Shown here: positions 10,070 through 21,018 of the stretch, one piece after another
How positions within the stretch are numbered: position 1 is the stretch's first letter
Layout: the number at the start of each line of letters is the position of its first letter
Assembly (NCBI RefSeq): GCF_006345805.1
Contig: NW_021831927.1
Coordinates: 1-33,670 of the forward strand
Reading direction: 5' to 3'
DNA length: 33,670 nucleotides
DNA from: Octopus sinensis
Lineage: Eukaryota
Translations under genes and position numbers: made by a program
The notes under the pieces: generated by a model
Databases searched by the model: none
The model's input: the letters and a program-made list of their open reading frames with translations, nothing else
What the model was told of the DNA's origin: nothing

Positions 10070-10245
10070 TACACACACACACACATACATATATACACAC
10101 ATATATATATATACATACACATACACACACACACATATATATGCATACATACATGCATACATACATATATACATACATACATACATGCATACATACATAT
10201 GTGTGTGTGTATGTATGTATGTATATATATATATATATATGTATG
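10070..10245. repeat. (CA)/(CATA)/(TA) microsatellite
   Basis: Direct. Confidence 0.95.
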
Positions 10246-10600
10246 TCTAGATTTTCTGAGTATTCCAAACGTATATCAATAACATCCTTGTATTGTCTTC
10301 TGTACACCCTGATGATTTTCCATCCAAGGTATTTAAAAATGCAAAATTATATATTTATATATGTCTTACAGTTTTAATTTTATTTGTGAAATGAAAGAGT
10401 TGTAGGTGAATATGTTAATCAATCAATTAATTAATTTACATCCATTAGATCTCTCTGTTTCCTACCTCGATAATAATATGTGATATTTTACGATATTTTA
10501 TATATATATATATATTCATTGAAGAAATATCTCTTCAAAATACAATATCTTAAGCCTGTGTATCTTGGATAAATATCCCTGTAAGAGGTTCAAAATATCC

Positions 10601-10914
10601 CCATACTGGGGGCACCACCTTGGGAAGATCTTTTAGTCAAATACATCTACCCTAGTACTTATACCGAAACCTGGCATTTGCGCTATTAGGCTCTTTTTGC
10701 CGAACTGTTAAGTTATGGGAACGAAAACAAACCAACACTGGTTGTCAAGCGCGTAGACCCAGGCTCCTTTCAGCTTCCGTCTACGGAATCCACTTTAAAT
10801 ATTTTGGTCGGCTCTGGGCAAAAATGGAAGACATTTACCCAAGGTGTCACACAGTGGGATTGAACCGAAGACCACATGGTTGTAAAACAAGCTTCTTACC
10901 ACACAGCCACACCC
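10601..10914 (-). mobile_element. SINE family A, diverged copy
   Basis: cttaccacacagccac head, cagtgggattgaacc B box, ggggcaccacc tail remnant. Confidence 0.8.
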
Positions 10915-11029
10915 AGGAGTGAGGAGACGTATAAATATTTCCCTAATCCCCTTTTATCGCTTTTGACACTTTCTTTATTCGCATTCACTTTCTATCGCAT
11001 CGTCTGTCTCTAAGTAAGCATGTGTTTCT

Positions 11030-11132
11030 CTGTCTCTCATCTTCATTTTCTCCCTCCCCCTCCCCCTCTTCCTCCCTCCCTCCCCCTCTCTCTCTTCCTC
11101 CTTAGCTCTCTCTCTTTCTCTCTTTCTCTCTC
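11030..11132. repeat. (CT)n / C-rich polypyrimidine tract
   Basis: Direct. Confidence 0.9.
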
Positions 11133-11779
11133 TGCGTCTAGTAAGTAAAAGAAAAGACGAGAAAAGGCAGTCATTTACGAAGCTCATTCACGACCCGATG
11201 GTTTCACAGTGATATCGGAGAATAGCATAATTGTTCACAAAATATCCGACTGAAACAAGAGATGTGATGCGGGTACTTAAGAACGAACCACCCAGCAAAA
11301 GAACAAAACAAACAAAAGAAAAAAAAACAACGAAAACCCAGCTTCCTTAAGAAATAAGCGTTAATCGTATGAACACAAACACCCAACATACTCCAACCTC
11401 CGGCTGCTGCTTCTTAATTTTTCTACATTAGCAATATATTCTCTTCTCTTTGCCATATCTGTTAAGTTGTTTCTTCTACAACCAGCACCAACCTAACCAT
11501 TTACACTACAACCTCAACTATTTCCGCAAACACCATGTTGTAAGCTGTGCTCTTCATCGTTGATCTTATCTGGATTGGATCAAATATTTTTTGTGGGAGG
11601 CTGGTATTTCTATTTTTTATGTATTTTTCTTTTATCATTTTCTTTCTATTTTATTTTTCTCTCTTGGATTTAAAAACAAACAAAAAGAAACGGGAGTAAT
11701 GTACTTATTTACCTTTCTAGCAGGTAAGGTAATTAAAGATAATTATAGCGAGTATAGGTCATTACTTTGGTTCTTATTT

Positions 11780-11838
11780 GCATACACACACACACGCACA
11801 CACACACGCGCGCGCGCACGCACACGCACACACACACG

Positions 11839-11870
<32 letters not shown>

Positions 11871-11887
11871 CACACACACACACACAT
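11780..11887. repeat. (CA)n/(CG)n microsatellite
   Basis: Direct. Confidence 0.95.
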
Positions 11888-11889
11888 GT

Positions 11890-12050
11890 ATGGCAAAAAC
11901 AGTACAACAATCACCATTGTGAGGTAGAAAAAACAAACAAACAAGGTTTACGCTCAGGAAAATTAGAAGTATTTAACGTTTCGAGCATTCGCTCTTCTTC
12001 GGAAATGATAGATGAGGAGATAAAAAACGAAAGAAAAGAAAATGTTTGTG
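11890..12050 (-). mobile_element. Family H hammerhead-bearing repeat, copy 2
   Basis: Same core and downstream ttcctgagcgt motif as 2546-2740. Confidence 0.55.
11971..12006 (-). ncRNA. Minimal type I hammerhead motif (U4C variant)
   Basis: Minus strand AUUU-CCGAAGA-A-GAGC-GAAU-GCUC-GAAAC-GUU-AAAU. Confidence 0.6.
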
Positions 12051-12079
12051 TCAATTAGACGCTCATTGCATGCTGAATA

Positions 12080-12081
12080 TA

Positions 12082-12155
<74 letters not shown>

Positions 12156-12268
12156 GAAAATAGCAATGCAATACGAGAGTATTGCTTCCAGTAAAGAATA
12201 GCCCGTGAGGGAAAATTATACATAAAAGTAAATAAATGGCACACACGTTGTGGCCATTTATTTACTTT

Positions 12269-12309
<41 letters not shown>

Positions 12310-12606
12310 GAATGAGAGGAAAGAGCGATGTGTGGTTGTGCGCAGGATGGGAGAGGCAACTGAAAGAACCTCGTGTTGGCTCTGGAGCAAGAAAGAGGAA
12401 TTAAGCTGGAAGCCAGGCGGACATGAGGAGCACTGACTTGGCCACCTCTGCTGACCCACAAACGGGAAAGTGTTACGGTTCAGAGCCGAAACACCCAAAG
12501 TACGTTGGAAAGCGTGTGATGACATCAGTTCCTCCTGGCCAAAGCACCACCTTCTAAGTGTTATTAACACACACACACGCGCACACACATACACACGTAT
12601 ATATAT

Positions 12607-12668
<62 letters not shown>
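12080..12668. repeat. Cluster of (CATA)/(TA)/(CA)/(CT) microsatellites
   Basis: Direct; unique ~250-bp island at 12308-12565. Confidence 0.85.
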
Positions 12669-12670
<2 letters not shown>

Positions 12671-12890
12671 TTATGAGAGGTAATGGTGCCAAGAAGACCT
12701 AAAGGTGTCAGGTATTACTGAGTAAGTGCTATGGACAGACTATAGTTAAGCTCCAGGTTCGGTGATTATGCAAATGAGGAGTCCAACGTAGGTCATATAT
12801 CAGCATGCGTATATATAAAAGAAACTTTCAGAATGCGATAAAAAAAAACCAAGCCTGTGAAAGAATTCAGAACATTTATTAATAGAAACC

Positions 12891-12936
12891 CTTACAGCTG
12901 TTTCCGGGATATTTTATATATCCTTTCATCGGAGAC
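12891..12936 (-). ncRNA. Hammerhead-like motif in left arm
   Basis: GUCU-CCGAUGA-A-AGGAUAU-AUAAA-AUAUCCC-G-GAAAC-AGCU-GUA-AG; helix III is the palindrome ACAGCUGU. Confidence 0.55.
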
Positions 12937-13157
12937 TGTGTGAGAAGATGGTTAAGCAATAGTTACTTACTCACAAGGTACTGGAAACTTATGTGTATAC
13001 CATTCTGCCTAAATAATGAATCTACAGTTACAATATCCCCACATATCTCACGTCTATTTTCATTCCTCCACTTCATTCTCTATTTCATATCTTATCTAAA
13101 ATAACTATTGCTTAACCATTTTCTCACAACGTCTCCGATGAAGGGATATATAAAATA

Positions 13158-14384
13158 CTAGCAGCATAGCCCTGCGTTGCCCGGGTATGTAAGAAACTTT
13201 GTCGATAAGCAATGCCCGTTACCTTTTTATTCTTTTTTGAACTCATTGAACCGTTATTTTGTAAAATGAAGCCTAAAAGGCATTAAGGCACTCAAGTCAC
13301 CGTTCCCTTGCATGCAAGAAGAAAATCTATGACAGTCAAAGTGCATTTTCTGGTTTTGTTTAGCACATCCAACCCAGTTCTGCGGGATCAGTGTCGCGAC
13401 GGGAACGCTTGGGAGTTTGACCGGCAGAGGTGATAAGGTTGCACATGCCGGCCGTTTTGACACACCCCCGAACCCAAGTTGGGTTCGGACCACAGCTAAG
13501 CCCTACCTAATCCTAACTTAAGTCCAGCGAAAGGGGGCTCGGGAGCCTCTAGTAGGCAACGACTAATCCCGATCTAGTCCTTTCCCTCTAGGGAACGAAA
13601 GCGCATGTGTGTCTGAAATCCGCCAACTGTTTAACAAAAGTAAGTTTTGTAGGGTTCGCATCGTCGGTCTCAAAGTGATATGGTTTTGTCGATTTCTCCC
13701 AATACTTGTTAACTGCATTGACAAAAGGTCGTTAGTTTGACATTTAATACAAACTTGATGTCCAACATCGATGTAGGGAAAATCTATGTGAACTTTCAAA
13801 AAATATCGCAGAAAACTCAGTTTGCTATGTGTGCCACATATGATGTAATTAACCGATTTTTTCCAGTAATAACGTATCCTATTGGAATCAAAAGGGCCAT
13901 ATAGCTCCTTGGAGCAGACATGATGCTCGCTGTGAATTTCAAAAAAAATTCCTGCCAATTTGTTAAAGATATTGTCGAAAATATGTCATCTTGAATTCGA
14001 ACGGGATTTCCCATAATGGCATGATTTTATCGATTTTTTTCTGATGGTAAGGTATTGCATGGAAAACTAACGACATAATTAAGTTCCTTAGGGTAACATT
14101 AAACTTCACCATGAGTTTGGTGAAAATCGATTGCAAGTAGCGAAAACTACAACGGAGAATGTGTTGCATATGATAAGCTTAGATTCTCGACCCCATGTCG
14201 AATTTATCGATTTTTTTCAGACCTGGGGGAACTTTTTAAAATTTTCGCTGTGTTAGCTTTGAATTATGACATTGGGCTATGTGTGTGTCAAGTTTCATCA
14301 GAATCGGTTGAAAGCCGTGGTCAGGGTGAGGGTACAACCTGACAGACACACAGACAGACAAACTGCCTTTTATATATAGAGAGA
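13158..14384 (-). mobile_element. Non-autonomous Helitron, 1227 bp
   Basis: Minus strand begins A|TCTCTCTATATATAAAAGGCAG..., ends with hairpin cccgggcaacgcaggg and ...GCTGCTAG|T. No TSD; the flanks rejoin into the host inverted repeat. Confidence 0.9.
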
Positions 14385-14459
14385 TCCCGAAAACAGCTGT
14401 AAGACCTATTTATAAATACCCTGAAATATTTCACAGCCTTGGAATTTTATCTTTTTCTG

Positions 14460-14489
<30 letters not shown>

Positions 14490-14493
<4 letters not shown>

Positions 14494-14640
14494 AAATTTA
14501 CGAAAAAGCAGAAGACGAAGACAGGTGTATAAACAACAAGCAGATATATTAGTTTGATGCTCGGGAAGGTGAGGAAGTCTGTTACGCTTCGAGCCTACGC
14601 TCTTCAACAGAAAGGAGCACAGAAATAAACAGAGAAAGAA
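14490..14640 (-). mobile_element. Family H hammerhead-bearing repeat, copy 3 (degenerate core)
   Basis: Minus strand UUU-CUGUUGA-A-GAGC-GUAG-GCUC-GAAGC-GUA (14581-14613), downstream ttcccgagcat, ends in (TA)n at 14462-14490. Confidence 0.55.
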
Positions 14641-14684
14641 TTTTAAAAAAATGTATATATACAAAAAACCTAGTGGTTTAATAT

Positions 14685-14715
<31 letters not shown>

Positions 14716-14732
14716 TATTATATATATATATT

Positions 14733-15977
14733 AAGCCTTTGATAAAGCGATCATGGAATGATATGTCACAAACTGCGTGATCTTGGCATAGTTGGAAAAT
14801 TGGGAAATGGCTTCACGACTTTCTGAAGAATAGAAGTCAGGTGGTAGCAGCCAATGGGGCCACTTCCATTAACACACAAATAGTGAGGCGGTGTTCCGCA
14901 GGGCACTGTTTTTGGACCACTACTGTTCATAATGGCCCTCTCAGACATGCCCTCAGCCACGCAGAGAGCCACGATCACAAGTTATGCAGATGATACAAAG
15001 TTTCACAGGCAATACAGAACCCTGACGACACTAAGCACCTGCAATGTGAGCTGGACGAAATATACAAGTGGGCTGAAAAGTATAGCATGCAGTTCAATGC
15101 TGAAAAGTTTCAAGCTTTATACTATCAGCATGCAAAACTGAATGTAACACCCAATGAATACACTGGACCCGGAGGGATTGCAATCCCAGAGGCACAATCA
15201 GTGCGTGACCTGGGTATCACATGAGTGATGACGCGACCTTTCATGTACATGTTGCTAAACTGGCAATAAAATGTAGACGGATGGATGGATGGATTCTCAG
15301 AACCTTTAGAACAAGAGAACAAGAAACCATGATGGTCCTCTGGAGGACACTTGTCCTAAGCCACTTTGACTATTGCTCTCAGTTATGGTCACCATCCAGT
15401 GTCAAGTTGATCACAGAACTCGAGGCGATCCAGCGTAGCTACACGAAGAAGATAGCCTCTATGCAGAATGTAAGCTACTGGGAAAGACTCAAGAGATTAA
15501 AACTATATTCCTTGGAGCGTAGGCGGGAAAGATATGCCATAAAATACATCTGGAAGATGCTGGAGGGACTGTCCCAAACTTTGGCATCGAGAGTTACACA
15601 AATTCCAGACTGGGTGCCACTGCGGGTGCCTAGGAACTCCAAATTGCCATCAAGATGTAGGACAAGATACTGTGATAGCCTGGGCTTCCGTGCCCACAGC
15701 TCTTCAATATCCTCCCGAAGAACCTGAGAGACCTGCATGGGGTGGATGCAGATGTCTTTTAAAATGAACTGGATCTCTTCCTGTCAGGTGTCCCAGATGA
15801 ACCAATTCACGGCAGGAGGTGCAGATGAGGGCAGCTGCATCGAACTCTCTCATGCACCAAATGGCAGTTACTAAAAGCTTTCGTGAAGTAAAACCAAGTA
15901 GCTACACCAAATGGCGGTGCCCCAGCATGGCCACAGCTCATGAGCTGAAACTAGAATCAATCAATCAATCAATCAAT
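14733..15977 (+). mobile_element. 5'-truncated CR1/L2-clade LINE: frameshifted reverse transcriptase C-terminal region, 3' UTR and (CAAT)n tail
   Basis: Translates across frameshifts to KAFD..DHG..CHKL, GVPQGTVFGPLLF, YADDTK, YCSQLWSP, LYSLERRRER; ends gagctgaaactagaatcaatcaatcaat. Confidence 0.93.
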
Positions 15978-16313
15978 ATATATGCTAGGTTGGTTATGAC
16001 AAAGCCATATATTTGTGGAGTTTGAGATATGTGCTTCTGCCCTTCCTATGGCACCCACCTGTGGGTTGATTAATATGTGTGTGTTTACATTCCTTCCGTT
16101 TTTCGGTATTTTGTTAAACGCGGCTCGGAAGAAGATATCTTTGGGCGGCAGTTCTTTATATTTTCAGTGGATCAAGGAACCACGGGTCTACAAATCTGAC
16201 TGGTGATGGACTTTGAATTCGGATTACCTGGTGCACAATTCCAATTACAAGATATTGTTTTAGCCTGGTATTCTTTTATCTTTAACCTGATGTATATTTT
16301 TAATCTAATGCTA

Positions 16314-16490
16314 AGGCCCCTAGCCAAGTGGTTAGGGCATCAGGCTTATAATCGTGAGGCTGTGAGTTCGATTCCTGGACCAGGCTGTTTTATTTCACGT
16401 TGCTCCAGTTCACTTAACTGTTGAAATGAGTTGCGACATCCCTGGTGCCAAGCTGCATCGGCCCTTTTGCCTTTCCTTTGAACAACATCT
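16314..16490 (+). mobile_element. tRNA/CORE-like SINE family C
   Basis: tagccaagtggttagggc...gagttcgattcc...tttcacgttgctccagttcact...gagttgcgac...tggtgccaagctg, homologous to 33250-33430. Confidence 0.75.
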
Positions 16491-16491
16491 A

Positions 16492-17029
16492 TGGCGGGTT
16501 CAAATCCTCTGCGTAGCTCCTTAAGCAGGTATTTCCTACTATTCCGTCGGGCCAAGCAAAGCGTTGTGTGACGATTTGGTAGAGGATATCTGAAAGAAAC
16601 CTATCATATATGTGCATGCATGCGTGGCTCTGTGGTGAGTAGCTTGCTTACCAACCACATGGTTCCGAGTTCAGTCCCACAGCTTGGCACTTTGTGCAAG
16701 TGTCTTCTACTATAGCCTCGGGCCGACCAAAGCCTTGTAAGTGGATTTGGTAGATGGAAACTGAAAGAAGTCCTTCGTATACATACATATATATATTTGT
16801 GTGTGTGTGTGTGTGTGTGTGTGTATTTGTCCCCCACCATCGCTTGACAACTGATATTGGAGTTTCTACGTCCCCGCAACTTAGCGGTTCGGCAAAAGAG
16901 ACCGATACAATAAGTACAAGGCTTACGAAGAATAAGTCCTGGGGGCGGGGGTCGATTTGTCCGACTAAAATGTGGTGCTCCAGCATGGCAGCAGTCAAAT
17001 GACTGCAACAAGTAAAAGAATAAAAGAAT
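16492..17029 (+). mobile_element. Degenerate family A fragment (16492-16612) followed by a near full-length family A SINE (16615-17029)
   Basis: Body and tail align to 6221-6686. Confidence 0.85.
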
Positions 17030-17317
17030 ATGTGTTTGTGTGTGTGTGTGTGTGTGTTTGTGTGTATACACATACATGCAAGTGTGTGTGTGTGCGTGTG
17101 CGTAGCTTGTTTATGGGGAAAGAGGGGGAAGCGTGTTTGTGCGTGTATGCATGTTTGTGTTGTTGTTTTTTACCGGATATCCGTATCTCATTATATCGAC
17201 CGCAATATATAAATATGTAGGTATGGGAATATCGCAGCGTATATATACACACGCACCCATACTTTTTCTCCCTTCCACACCTCTCTCTCTCTCTCTTACT
17301 CTCTCTTTCTTCCTCCA

Positions 17318-17352
<35 letters not shown>

Positions 17353-17355
17353 GTC
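17030..17355. repeat. (TG)n and (CT)n microsatellites
   Basis: Direct. Confidence 0.85.
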
Positions 17356-17866
17356 ACCTTTTCTTTTCTTTCTCACCCCTCCTTTCTCACCTACATGACA
17401 CGTATCAGTATGTTTACATATTGATAAATTACAGTTTTTTTGGGTTCAAATATCAACATACGAAGTTGACCCGATTAGATTAAAAACTGCAGAGATCGTT
17501 CCGGCCCTGAGAAAAGGAATTCTAACGATTGGTTGTCTCGATCTCGTAGGAGCCATTAATACTGATTGGTGGGGATAGGATAGGTGGGGTGGGGGGTTGT
17601 AGTAGTAGTAGTTTTGCTATTGGTGGTGATTGTGTCGGTGGTCGTAGGAGTGGAGATTTTATTTGTTCCCGATTCCCTCACCTCGAGCAGTGCCAAAATC
17701 AATGACATTCCAGTGATGACCAACCAGTCTGCTTTTCTCTGTCTTGTGTGCGATGTATCCTCCCACTTTTTAAGACGTTAGATTATGGATTAAGGTCAAT
17801 GCGAGATTTTGCTGTTATTTCTAGTTGGACGAGCGATCGCATGGAGCAGTGTCAGACAACTTTAGT

Positions 17867-18074
17867 GGTTTCACATTTTAGCACAAGGCCATTAATTTCG
17901 GGGAAGAGGGTAAGTCGATTACGACGACCCCCAGTACTAAACTGGTTCTACTTTTACCGACCCCGAAAAAGTAAAAGGCTAAGTCGACCTCAGCGGCATT
18001 TGAACTTAGAACGTAAAGACGGACGAAATGCCGGTAATCATTATTTTCCCCTGTGTGCTAACGATTCAACCAGC
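17867..18074 (-). mobile_element. SINE family B
   Basis: Central ...gtcgacctcagcggcatttgaac...; tail ggccttgtgctaaaatgtgaaacc on minus. Confidence 0.8.
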
Positions 18075-18109
18075 CAGCCAGCCAGCCGTCCACTAGTACC
18101 AGGTAAACC

Positions 18110-18420
18110 CCGCCATCCGACGCCTGATAACCGATGTTGGTTTGTTCATCTTCCTTTATTCTTGTGGTTCGGCTGAGAGCGGATAGACTATCATAACAGC
18201 TCGTAGAGATGATTGACTGAAAAATTATCGTCTTTGATTTTTCAGATTATTCAGTCACGTGACAACACTAAACTACATTTAACATTTCATAATACTTACA
18301 CGGCGCCGATCGAATATCTACCAGGCTTAAAAAATAAGTACCGAATAGAGTTTGCTTCATTAGACTCTTCGAGACAATGCCCCAGGATGGCTTCAGGATA
18401 AGACTGACACAAATAGAAGC
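18110..18420 (+). mobile_element. Highly diverged family A-related SINE fragments
   Basis: gataaccgatgttggtttgtt, ctaccaggcttaaaaaataagtac and tgccccaggatggc resemble the 3' half of family A. Confidence 0.4.
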
Positions 18421-18499
18421 TAACGATAAAGATGGATTATCCGTACATTGTTTTAATATCGAAACATCAAAGATTCCACATATTGTTATGTTAGTTGCT

Positions 18500-18730
18500 T
18501 GTGGGCACAAGATCAGCATGTTTAGGGGAAGGAGTCAGTAAATTTCAGGGTGGCGAAGGGGCCAGTTGATTAGATCGACCCTAGTAGGCAACTGGTACTT
18601 AATATATCGACGCCGAAAGGACGAAAAGCAAAGTTGACCTCGGCGGAATTTGAACTCAAAACATAAAGACAGGCGAAACACTGCTAAGCATTTCGCCCGG
18701 CGTGTTAACATTTCTGCCAGCCCGCCGCCT
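18500..18730 (-). mobile_element. SINE family B
   Basis: Complete head aggcggcgggctggcagaaatg..., B box gagttcaaattcc, central domain. Confidence 0.85.
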
Positions 18731-18739
18731 TATATATGC

Positions 18740-18947
18740 TTTTCTACTCTACGCACAAAGTCCGAAATTTGGGGGGAGGGGGGCCAGTGGATTGGATCGA
18801 CCCAAGTACGCAACTGGTACTTAATTTAACGACGCCGAAAAGATAAAAGGCAAAGTCGACCTCGGCGGAATTTGAACTCAGAACCTAAAGACAGACGAAA
18901 TACCGCTAAGCATTTTACCCCGCGTGCTAGCGTTTCTGCCAGCTCGC
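18740..18947 (-). mobile_element. SINE family B, head-to-tail with the previous copy
   Basis: As above; tail ...tttgtgcgtagagtagaaaa. Confidence 0.88.
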
Positions 18948-19299
18948 TCATCTAATTTAAGAACGAATGTACTTTATATTAACCAATCGGTTGTTAGAAA
19001 GTTGTCAGGCTGTTTCTTTCACTCCAAAGTTATTTACTTGTTTTTGCCCAGGGGTAATTGGCGGTGATGGTAGAAGTAGTAGTAGTAGGAGGAGATGAAG
19101 CTGTTTTTGTTGTGGTAATCCTCTTACTTCTTCTTTGAAATCTGGCCGACCGTGACAGAGACGCTTACCAACCTCAGGTAAGCGGACCCAATTGTTCACG
19201 CATCAACGATGTTTCTTTACGTCGTCCGCAGCCTTTTTTACTTGTCCGCCTATGTTTGTGTTTTTGTACATTTGTTTTTATCTTCCTTTATTTTTATCT

Positions 19300-19430
19300 T
19301 TTATTTATTTCATTCACTTGATTGCGGCCATGCTAGAGCACTACTTTAAATTGTTGTGGTTGATCAAATCGACCCAGGTATTTAAGTTTCGTACTTATTC
19401 AATCGGCCTCTTGATTGATGTTTCGCTACA
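19300..19430 (-). mobile_element. SINE family A 3' fragment
   Basis: gattgcggccatgctagagcac...aaatcgacccaggta...gtacttattcaatcgg. Confidence 0.6.
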
Positions 19431-19813
19431 TTATACTAGGTACCATGTAGTGTGTGTGTGTGCGTGTGTGTGTGCGTGTTCATATATACACTCGTGCATT
19501 TCCGCACATACAAATATGCATACATAGGTCATTCGTGTGTACGTGTGTGTTTTCTTCGGTTTTTAATTATTTGAATTCTTCCCGTGAAGAAGGAGTTAGT
19601 TTTTAACAAACATACAAAGCTCCAGCTTTGGAATGTAGATAACAAAAGCAAACTCCCATTTTAAACTTGCGAAAAGTCTTCATATTTTTATTGTTCCGCT
19701 TATGTATTGTATTTGTAATGTGTGAGTTAGCTGGTTGGTTTCTTTTCCAGAAAACCATGGATTATCCAGATTGTCATTTAGGCATTTACCAACAAAACCA
19801 AGTGCACCGATCA

Positions 19814-20116
19814 TTATTGTTATTGCTTGTTCCTTCTCGAGCCACGCCTGGCTCATAAGGGCCGATTTCCCGGTTTCCTTGGTTTATATGTTCCCCGCCT
19901 GGACGAGACGCCGGTCCGTCGCAGGTGAGCTGCAAGATGCAGGAGGAAAGAGTGAGAGAAAGTTGTGGCGAAAAAGTCAGCAGAAGTTCGCCATTACCTT
20001 CTGTCGGAGCCGCGTGGAGCTTAGGTGTTTCGCTCATAAACACACACATCGCCCGGTCTGAGATTCGAACTCGCGATCCCTCGACCGCGAGTCGCTACTA
20101 GGACATGTGCCTCCAC
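19814..20116 (-). mobile_element. tRNA-derived SINE family D (V-domain-like core, RTE-like tail)
   Basis: Minus strand: B box gagttcgaatctc, gcgacggaccggcgtctcgtccagg (recalled V-SINE-like), tail ccaaggaaaccgggaaatcggcccttatgagccaggcgtggctcgagaaggaac+(aat)n, shared with 23879-24095. Confidence 0.75.
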
Positions 20117-20211
20117 ATGATTATATTTGGTTATGCATATAAATTTATAAACTAGATACAGAAGATGGAATTTTCATATAAGATGCCCAAAGTTACCCTC
20201 TTTATTTTTGA

Positions 20212-20612
20212 CTAGCAATATCGCCCGACGTTGTTCGGGTTTGTAAGGGAAATAACTATATAAGCATTTTTAGAGAGTTATAGCCAAAAAGTAGCAAAAA
20301 AATACGTTAAAAATGGGAAAAAAATGATAGTAATTTTTTTAAAAATCGTTGACTCATCGTAGACATTTTTAGAGAGTTACTTCCCTTATATAATAGCGAA
20401 AAAATGCATTAAAATGGATAAAAATTATGGTAAATTATTTTTTAAATCGTAGACTCATCGTAGGCGCGCGCTAATACCCAGAAGGGCTCGATATGAATGA
20501 CGACTATAAGATACCCGGTTTTGGTTAAACTGCACCGCAAAATGTGGGAGTAGTTAGGAATCTAAATCGTAGGAGACAGACAGACACACAACTTGACTTT
20601 TATATATAAAGA
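20212..20612 (-). mobile_element. Non-autonomous Helitron, 401 bp
   Basis: Minus strand A|TCTTTATATATAAAAG... hairpin cccgaacaacgtcggg ...TTGCTAG|T; internal ~100-bp duplication (catttttagagagtta twice). Confidence 0.88.
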
Positions 20613-20951
20613 TTTTCGAATAGATATTCCCATCTGTAGAGTGCAGCTGAGCTCTCTGAGAGTACATATATTGTTTCCTGTCTCAAACATGTATTTATAT
20701 ATCCGAGTATGTACGAAGGAATTCATATGAGCGATCTCTGACCATGCAACTTCACGCAGCAAGCAAGGAGTTCATCTGATGCCATTCTTATGAATAAATC
20801 TTTTGTTAAAAAAACAAAAGATTACGGGCTGAGTGATGAGTTAGCATAATTTCTTCGGTATAACATGTCCTCGGAACACGAAATTACTTCTAATCACGCA
20901 ATATATTCGTTTATTAAATAACACATACGTACATGAATCGAAACATACGTA

Positions 20952-20992
<41 letters not shown>

Positions 20993-21018
20993 ATATATAT
21001 ATAATAATAATAATAAAT

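Larger units (their letters stand above)
12851..14430. mobile_element. Fold-back element with ~115-bp inverted arms (12851-12966; 13101-13157 + 14385-14430), right arm interrupted by a Helitron
   Basis: cttacagctgtttccgggatattttatatatcctttcatcggagactgtgtgagaagatggttaagcaatagtta is the reverse complement of taactattgcttaaccattttctcacaacgtctccgatgaagggatatataaaata|tcccgaaaacagctgtaag. Confidence 0.85.

Noticed and set aside
12768-12775. Octamer ATGCAAAT
   Set aside because: A single 8-mer is expected by chance, and there is no snRNA gene nearby.
14309-14323. Minus-strand CUGAUGAAAC
   Set aside because: The two core halves overlap with no helix II; it is part of the Helitron internal module.
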